DNA of 62,642 nucleotides, from positions 1-62,642 of the IMG/VR virus record IMGVR_UViG_3300046007_010469; one strand, 5' to 3'. The translations under genes were made by a program, and so were the position numbers. The first letter of the stretch is position 1. Every line of letters starts with the position of its first letter. A model generated the notes under the pieces. That model worked only from the letters and a program-made list of their open reading frames with translations. It was not told where the DNA came from and did not search any database. Positions 57,214 to 62,642 of this stretch are shown here, one piece after another. The stretch is from a virus (Duplodnaviria; Caudoviricetes).

Positions 57214-57734
57214 TCAAACCAAGCCACGTAATCTCTATAAATTTTAAATTGCCAGTCTGGAACAGAAGTGTCAAGAGTGCCTTGACGCACGCTCCACGCA
57301 CGTTCATACCCAGCATTCTTCACCGCCTGTACAACTTCGTTGTTATAGGCTCCGTATGGATAGGCAAAATATCTACAAGGAAACGGTGGAGTAATTTCTT
57401 GAATTAACTGCTGACGAGACACTTTAGTAAGGTCTGGATGGTTCCAGGTGTGCCAACCAATCTCAAAATTATACTCGTTACAAATCTCTTGTACCTGCTC
57501 TAGCGTGCAGTAGCGCTCTAGTGCTGGCACATATTCAAGGTCAAAAGAGTTGTCTCGACCTAGATAGTTACCCATTACAAACATAATACCAGACTTACCG
57601 GCTAGTATATCACGATTTTCGTACACATTGAGATAGATACCGTCAAAACCTATTTCGTCGTGACAAGCAGCTATCTCTTCTCGAGTATGGTAGTTCGAAT
57701 GTTTGTGTGTTCCAATATTATGGGCTAACTTCAT
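57210..57734 (-). CDS. Polysaccharide deacetylase (CE4/NodB-like)
   Basis: GFDG, HTWNHPDL, FAYPYG. Confidence 0.8.
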   Translation of the reverse strand: MKLAHNIGTHKHSNYHTREEIAACHDEIGFDGIYLNVYENRDILAGKSGIMFVMGNYLGRDNSFDLEYVPALERYCTLEQVQEICNEYNFEIGWHTWNHPDLTKVSRQQLIQEITPPFPCRYFAYPYGAYNNEVVQAVKNAGYERAWSVRQGTLDTSVPDWQFKIYRDYVAWFE

Positions 57735-58203
57735 AAAGAGTCAATTCTTGGTGTAGGGTGTCACGATAACTAAAGTTACATTGTGTTAGTATAGTTCCAA
57801 AACTATATGGAAGCAACCAATCTTTAATGCCAGATACTAGCACAAGTCGAGAAGCACTAGCCCGTATCCAAGAAGCGATTAGTACATGGTCATATTCTCG
57901 ATAGAGTGTACCAGTAGTGATGACAAGGTCGTAGCGACCGTCAGGAACTTGCACCCGACGAATATTAGATGCTAGTCGCGCGGCAGCCTTGTCAGATATC
58001 TCTATGCCATCAATACTAGCTGCGGGAAGGTCTTCTGTAATATACCCTTCACCACAACCAATATCGAGAGCACGCTGAAAAGGTGCGTATGGTTGTAGGG
58101 TCTGAAGTATAGTTAGTTTACGATGGGCATCATCAGGAGTACTGCGATAGCCCCAAGGGTCTTCTTTAAGATACCAAGCTTCAAACCAACTTTTTTCAAA
58201 CAT
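57718..58203 (-). CDS. NodS-like SAM methyltransferase
   Basis: EDPWGY N-terminus; LDIGCGEG. Confidence 0.75.
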   Translation of the reverse strand: MFEKSWFEAWYLKEDPWGYRSTPDDAHRKLTILQTLQPYAPFQRALDIGCGEGYITEDLPAASIDGIEISDKAAARLASNIRRVQVPDGRYDLVITTGTLYREYDHVLIASWIRASASRLVLVSGIKDWLLPYSFGTILTQCNFSYRDTLHQELTLYEVSP

Positions 58204-58214
58204 GCTTTATCCTT

Positions 58215-58290
58215 TGGCTGGGAATCAGGGATTCGAACCCCAAACCTGCGGTACCAAAAACCGTTGCTCTGCCAATTGAGCTAATTCCCA
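58215..58290 (-). tRNA. tRNA-Gln(UUG)
   Basis: Cloverleaf; GCCA. Confidence 0.9.
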
Positions 58291-58291
58291 G

Positions 58292-58365
58292 TGGTGCCGC
58301 TAGAGAGAATCGAACTCCCGTCGGCGCATTACTAATGCGCTGCTAAACCACTCAGCTATAGCGGC
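58292..58365 (-). tRNA. tRNA-Thr(AGU)
   Basis: UU-AGU-AA loop; ACCA. Confidence 0.88.
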
Positions 58366-58370
58366 AATCT

Positions 58371-58445
58371 TGGAGCGGGTAGCCGGCATCGAACCGGTCC
58401 TCTCTAGCTTGGAAGGCTAGGGCACATCCTCTATACCATACCCGC
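58371..58445 (-). tRNA. tRNA-Gly(UCC)
   Basis: Cloverleaf; UCCA. Confidence 0.92.
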
Positions 58446-58495
58446 TTAATTCTTTTCAAGAATAACACAAATAATACGTGATAGCAAGAAAAAAA

Positions 58496-59026
58496 TTATG
58501 CTAAGCTCTCATCGAGCTGAAGCCATTGAGACCAACTGTCGTGACGCAGATTAAAGGGTAACTGTTTACGCTTGCGCACTAACTCGTAGTATCCAGGCTT
58601 GTACGGAGCATAATTTGGCTTCATACCAAGACTGTTACCTTTTCGCATATTGCAAGGAGAACACGCGGTAACAATGTTTTCCCAGTTAGTACGTCCACCC
58701 CGTGATAATGGCAGTACGTGGTCAAGCGTACCGCTGTTATTATTTACTGCGGTTCCGCAATACAGACAGTGATACTGGTCCCGCAAAAAGACATTCGTCT
58801 TTGAGAATCTAACCTCTGTTGCTCTACGTAAATAGTCTTTTAACATGATGACGGCAGGCACACGAGTTTCCCAATGCGCACTATGCACAACCCAATTGTC
58901 GTACCATTCCATAACATCACACTTGTCATGATACATATAGAGAATGGCTTCTTTCCAAGAGACTACACTAAGAGGTACGACGCTCACCGGTAGCCCATCT
59001 GCGTTAATTACTAGCGTGTCTGACAT
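58496..59026 (-). CDS. HNH endonuclease (McrA-like)
   Basis: RD.YHCLYCG, TLDHVLP.SRGG..WEN.VTAC..CN..KG. Confidence 0.88.
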   Translation of the reverse strand: MSDTLVINADGLPVSVVPLSVVSWKEAILYMYHDKCDVMEWYDNWVVHSAHWETRVPAVIMLKDYLRRATEVRFSKTNVFLRDQYHCLYCGTAVNNNSGTLDHVLPLSRGGRTNWENIVTACSPCNMRKGNSLGMKPNYAPYKPGYYELVRKRKQLPFNLRHDSWSQWLQLDESLA

Positions 59027-59175
59027 GATAATTCTATGAGGGCTTTTTCATACTTTTTGCAGCTAAATACGTTGGATAGTGCATTGCCGCTAATACAGAT
59101 AAGTAAACACTCGCTTCGTCGGTTTTTCGAGCGACTAGAGAGCGTATATATAGACGCTTATAGTGCTCTAGTAAA

Positions 59176-59340
59176 TCAACTAAGATGTTTGCGGTTTCCA
59201 TTAATTCTCTCTAATACACCTAGTTTTTCTAGGTCACTCATTCCTAACCAGCGTGATATCTCATCACGCGTACGGTAACACCCTACACAAATATCACGAC
59301 TATTAAGGTGACAAACTTTAATACAAGGGCTAGAAATCAA
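59176..59340 (-). CDS. DUF1289 Fe-S/Zn protein
   Basis: SPCIKVC...C.GCYRT.DEI..W; TTG start inferred. Confidence 0.7.
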   Translation of the reverse strand: MISSPCIKVCHLNSRDICVGCYRTRDEISRWLGMSDLEKLGVLERINGNRKHLS

Positions 59341-59785
59341 CTGAGGTGGGCGTTTGTTTCGGCGCAACTTGAAATACCTGTAATCCAGCCTCTCGCCACA
59401 TTTCAACGGAGAGTGGATTGTCCTCAAAAACTGCTTCGGGAGAATATCCATCACGACGAATGCAGTCAAGTAGTATACGTTTAATCTGATAGTTGCGTAG
59501 ATACTCTTCACTACGCTGACGCATATACAAATCGTGAGCCGGAATACTTTGACTCTGAAGCCACTGAATTGTCAAGTTACGGCATCGCTCTGGACGCCCC
59601 GTACAAAGTACGATACGGTGACCTGCTGCATCAAGGGCTTTAAGAATAGCGACCGCAGAAGCAATAGGAGGGTCTTCTACTAAGAGGCTATAGTAAAGCT
59701 CCCAATCCTTATGAGGACCATGAATAAGGTGTTCTCTATGTGAACTATTACTAAGTGTATCGTCTATATCGAATATATAGTCCAT
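59330..59785 (-). CDS. HAD acid phosphatase (PNKP phosphatase-like)
   Basis: FDIDDTL, TGR, LYMR, FED...V.MWR. Confidence 0.85.
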   Translation of the reverse strand: MDYIFDIDDTLSNSSHREHLIHGPHKDWELYYSLLVEDPPIASAVAILKALDAAGHRIVLCTGRPERCRNLTIQWLQSQSIPAHDLYMRQRSEEYLRNYQIKRILLDCIRRDGYSPEAVFEDNPLSVEMWREAGLQVFQVAPKQTPTSVDF

Positions 59786-59818
59786 GTGAGACTCTAAAAA
59801 GTTAAGGAAATAGAAAGT

Positions 59819-59894
59819 TGGTGGACCCGAGGAGACTTGAACTCCTAGCCGCTTGCTTGCAGGGCAAATGCTCTCCCAGTTGAGCTACGGGCCC
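59819..59894 (-). tRNA. tRNA-Ala(UGC), C at position 33
   Basis: G3:U70; loop CC-UGC-AA. Confidence 0.88.
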
Positions 59895-59915
59895 TCTGTA
59901 TAAAAAATGCGGCAG

Positions 59916-60031
59916 GTGCGGTATCTGGCGTTTTATGAGAACGCTTGCCCATGCTCCTTTTACAGTTTGGCCAAACTGCTCTAAACATATGCCTATGATC
60001 ACTTGGCTTGTCCAGACTTTCCTTACCGCAC
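59916..60031 (-). ncRNA. Candidate miniature RNase P-like RNA
   Basis: Terminal stem GUGCGGUA/UACCGCAC; AGGAAAGUCUGG pairs with AAAACGCCAGAU; between two tRNAs. Confidence 0.5.
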
Positions 60032-60034
60032 TAT

Positions 60035-60109
60035 TGGCATCAGTGGAAGGAATCGAACCCTCTACGCGCGGTTTTGGAGACCGCCGCTCTACCATTGAGC
60101 TACACTGAT
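60035..60109 (-). tRNA. tRNA-Trp(CCA)
   Basis: Cloverleaf; GCCA. Confidence 0.92.
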
Positions 60110-60110
60110 A

Positions 60111-60473
60111 TTAACCAGCGCTACGAGTGATGAAGTTGACTCGAACCTTCTTAGGGTTGAAGTACTTACGAATGAGATCCTCTGCAATCTTCACATCAAC
60201 AGTCTTACAAGAGAAGATGTCAATGTAGGCATCACCATTTATATCGACAAAGTGGGCAGTAATGCTGCTAGTCTCAATCAACTGAGTAGCGGTAATACCA
60301 GCTTTATCCGGCTCGTGAGTAGCAAAGTGTTGGATTTGCGGCTCTCCGAATGCTATCATGTCGATAGCCGGGACGAGTTCTTTAATAAAATTATAAACGT
60401 TTTCTTCACTTGTGACTTTTTCGATATCGCAAGCAGCGCAATCAAACATTGCGTGGTATCCCCAGTATGACAT
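60111..60473 (-). CDS. speD: S-adenosylmethionine decarboxylase proenzyme-like protein
   Basis: YWG.H..FD...C, QLIETSSITAHF, YIDIFSC. Confidence 0.75.
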   Translation of the reverse strand: MSYWGYHAMFDCAACDIEKVTSEENVYNFIKELVPAIDMIAFGEPQIQHFATHEPDKAGITATQLIETSSITAHFVDINGDAYIDIFSCKTVDVKIAEDLIRKYFNPKKVRVNFITRSAG

Positions 60474-60474
60474 A

Positions 60475-60675
60475 TTAAATACTCCTAAGTTGTTTTAAAT
60501 TCCACGCTTCTTCAAACCCATCCTCGTGGTAGACGGCTTCGTGATTACCCCATAGCCTAAAAAAATAGGACTTATGCATATCAACGATAGATTGTTCACT
60601 CCAGCTATCAGGAATTAGATGGCCTTTTACAATCCAGTGTAGGCGATTAGCTTCTTTTAGTTCTTCTGTACTCAT
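60475..60675 (-). CDS. Hypothetical protein
   Basis: Own promoter TTGACA-N17-TAATAT. Confidence 0.55.
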   Translation of the reverse strand: MSTEELKEANRLHWIVKGHLIPDSWSEQSIVDMHKSYFFRLWGNHEAVYHEDGFEEAWNLKQLRSI

Positions 60676-60724
60676 AGCTTATATTAACACAAGTAGAGTT
60701 CTGTGTCAAACAAAAAATTAAAAG

Positions 60725-60801
60725 TGGTGCCCCAGGAGAGATTCGAACTCCCGACTTTCGGTTTACAAAACCGCTACTCTGGCCAGCTGAGTTACTAGGG
60801 C
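60725..60801 (-). tRNA. tRNA-Thr(UGU)
   Basis: Cloverleaf; ACCA. Confidence 0.92.
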
Positions 60802-60808
60802 AAAATTA

Positions 60809-60883
60809 TGGTAGGAGCATAAGGAATTGAACCTCATCTTTAAGCGTTATGAGCGCCACGTGCAACCTTCACACCCTACTCCC
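60809..60883 (-). tRNA. tRNA(CAU), probably Ile2; 5' end overlaps the HNH stop
   Basis: GGGAGUA/UGCUCCU acceptor; CU-CAU-AA loop. Confidence 0.75.
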
Positions 60884-61495
60884 TTTACTAACGTTACAAC
60901 TTCTGCATAATAATTGAATGTTATCTACAGTAGTTGTTCCCCCTTTAGAAAAAGGGATAATATGGTCTAAATGTAAATTTTGACCATAATCAATGTTGTG
61001 GTCTAAATTATCGTAACCACAATATACACATTTGTTACCGAACTTATTAAAAATAAACTCTATTTCTGATTGAGATAAGCTTCTGTCTAACTTTCTATCT
61101 CTTTTTCGCACTCTAGAATTTTGAGCTTCTGGAGTTCTGTCATAGTAATTTTTTTGCTCTTTATTGTGACAAACTCTACAAGACCCCATAAGTCCGTCTA
61201 AATTTGTATTATTAACGCCAAAATCACTTATATCTTTTACGCAATCACATTTTTTACAATACTTTTTATTTATAGATCGTAAAAGGTACGATATAAAATT
61301 TTGTCTATCTCTTCTATCTGGAAATAACTTTTTTACTAGACTAGTAGTTTTTGTCGGGCTTAGAACTAAGTTATCTGACAATTTTCCCGGTTGTAGCAAC
61401 GCTTCAACAAATAAAAGTTTAGAAAACGGCATATCTAAAAAACAAATGTTTTCTAGTGCTAACAATAAATGTTTTTTTAGCTCAGCCTCATTCAT
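60869..61495 (-). CDS. HNH homing endonuclease
   Basis: CVYCG...LDHIIP.SKGG....NIQLLC..CN.SKG; low GC. Confidence 0.88.
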   Translation of the reverse strand: MNEAELKKHLLLALENICFLDMPFSKLLFVEALLQPGKLSDNLVLSPTKTTSLVKKLFPDRRDRQNFISYLLRSINKKYCKKCDCVKDISDFGVNNTNLDGLMGSCRVCHNKEQKNYYDRTPEAQNSRVRKRDRKLDRSLSQSEIEFIFNKFGNKCVYCGYDNLDHNIDYGQNLHLDHIIPFSKGGTTTVDNIQLLCRSCNVSKGSRV

Positions 61496-61507
61496 GGTAT
61501 ATTTTTA

Positions 61508-61538
61508 CGCTCTGCATTAACCGTTATGCTACAGGCCC
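61508..61538 (-). pseudogene. Orphan 5' half of a tRNA (acceptor 5' strand, D arm, 5' anticodon stem)
   Basis: GGGCCTGTAGCATAACGGTTAATGCAGAGCG, truncated just before the HNH gene. Confidence 0.7.
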
Positions 61539-61685
61539 TCATTTACTTTTTAGTTCATAGAGACGGTCTGGTATCCAACGCATTACAGACAGCTCATCGT
61601 CAGTTGGATCTTTTAGAGTTTTTAAATATTGCAACGTGAGTTGCAATCCAGCGATTTCAGCATAGTCTAAACTAGTTTTGCACAT
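61539..61685 (-). CDS. Hypothetical 48-aa protein
   Basis: GAGG RBS; MCKTSLDYAEIAGLQLTLQYLK... Confidence 0.5.
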   Translation of the reverse strand: MCKTSLDYAEIAGLQLTLQYLKTLKDPTDDELSVMRWIPDRLYELKSK

Positions 61686-61701
61686 TTAAACCTCTCTAAA
61701 A

Positions 61702-61795
61702 TGGTAGTCCTGGTAGGATTCGAACCTACGACGCTCTCTAATCTGGAGACGATGCCGAGTATAAGCCGGGTGTTTTACCACTAAACTACAGGACC
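61702..61795 (-). tRNA. tRNA-Ile(UAU) with long variable arm
   Basis: CU-UAU-AC loop; ~24-nt variable region; ACCA. Confidence 0.8.
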
Positions 61796-61800
61796 GAATT

Positions 61801-61883
61801 TGGTGCCCGCAGCCGGACTCGAACCGGCACGCACCAGCGAGGGTTTTTAAGACCCTTGTGTCTACCTATTCCACCATGCGGGC
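61801..61883 (-). tRNA. tRNA-Leu(UAA)
   Basis: Class II cloverleaf; ACCA. Confidence 0.92.
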
Positions 61884-61890
61884 TAATTAT

Positions 61891-62642
61891 TTAGATAAAA
61901 TCCAGTAAAGACGATTTTATGTATATATTAGAAACATCAATAAATATACACTTACGATTTAATGTTTTATTTATCTCTATCTTTTCTTTAGTAGTCTCTG
62001 GTCTTAAACCTCCATTTAACTCAATATATAAGTCTAAAGAAGGTATATACCAATCATAGTATTTATTATAAGGTTTTGGATACTTAGGCTCTATTTCATA
62101 TTCGTATTTTTTATATAGATATGTATCTGCAAAATAAGCTTCATGCTTACTTCTATATAATCGGCCATCTAATCCGTAAGTATCTATACCAAATCCGTTT
62201 TGAATATTTGGTACAAAACCAGCAGCTTTTATGGCATTATTCCAAGAACCAAATTTTTCTTCAAAATTTGTATAATTAGGTTTTGTATGTTTGAAATCTC
62301 TAGAAGATGGAATTTTACCGTGTTTTTGAACATAAGTTATCAGTAGGTCTAAAAGTTCTTGTTCTGTATAAAAAACTTTTTTAAATCTGAAAGTAGAGTC
62401 TAACAAACCGTATTTTTTACTTTTTCGAATATAGCCTCTATAAGCTTTTTTTAATAGTGGGTACTTGTTAAACAATTTTTCTATATCAGGTATGGTTGTT
62501 AAATCTTCTATTCTTAGAATACCATAATCAGTAGATATTATATATTCGTGAGAATTATTTAAGCACCTAGAAGTATGCCTAACAACCGCATTCCAAGATT
62601 CAAATTTTCCTGACTTTTTACTAGTTTTAGCATAACTATCTT
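61891..62642 (-). CDS. Homing endonuclease with HNH-associated repeats and a PD-(D/E)XK-like C-terminus; start probably beyond the window
   Basis: P.......FGSWN.AI..AG repeats; RS..E...YDWY...YIEL.G; very low GC. Confidence 0.7.
   Translation of the reverse strand, partial: DSYAKTSKKSGKFESWNAVVRHTSRCLNNSHEYIISTDYGILRIEDLTTIPDIEKLFNKYPLLKKAYRGYIRKSKKYGLLDSTFRFKKVFYTEQELLDLLITYVQKHGKIPSSRDFKHTKPNYTNFEEKFGSWNNAIKAAGFVPNIQNGFGIDTYGLDGRLYRSKHEAYFADTYLYKKYEYEIEPKYPKPYNKYYDWYIPSLDLYIELNGGLRPETTKEKIEINKTLNRKCIFIDVSNIYIKSSLLDFI

Noticed and set aside
60884-61507. Group I intron interrupting a tRNA
   Set aside because: No room for a ribozyme core around the ORF, and the acceptor strands of the two halves do not pair
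61611-61701. Long-range stem as an ncRNA between tRNAs
   Set aside because: Better explained by a 48-aa ORF with an RBS; AT-rich pairing could be chance

Overview
Part of a large T5-like (Demerecviridae-style) siphophage genome, very probably infecting an alphaproteobacterium (Rhodobacterales-like). Host evidence: GTTC-N7-GTTC LexA boxes, a permuted two-piece tmRNA with an ANDNF...AA tag, and a tRNA-His lacking G-1:C73. Layout follows T5. (i) 1-2650: leftward late genes (tail-fibre-like, small terminase, tail terminator). (ii) ~2800-16450: a GC-richer pre-early/first-step-transfer-like region with two A2-like proteins, two HAD/Dmp-like phosphatases, two HNH proteins and a DEDD exonuclease, punctuated by ~19 copies of a fixed-spacing inverted repeat, most followed by a promoter. 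(iii) ~16000-17450: a non-coding, repeat-rich injection-stop-like segment. (iv) 18.5-62.6 kb: mostly leftward early genes with auxiliary metabolic genes (pstS, plcP-agt-like pair, pckA, BMP, speD), lysis genes, 26 tRNAs, tmRNA, homing endonucleases and a rightward CsgF/CsgG/curlin/FecR/CHASE2-adenylate-cyclase island. The most unusual signals are non-coding: three ~65-nt C(A/C)GCAA hairpin RNAs linked to a DUF2828 (TROVE/vWA-like) gene, a ~116-nt RNase P-like mini RNA, a ~2.3-kb nearly ORF-free structured RNA cluster, a 104-bp-phased array of reverse promoters, and cGAAg DNA mini-hairpins. All calls were made by eye from motifs; no database searches were run.
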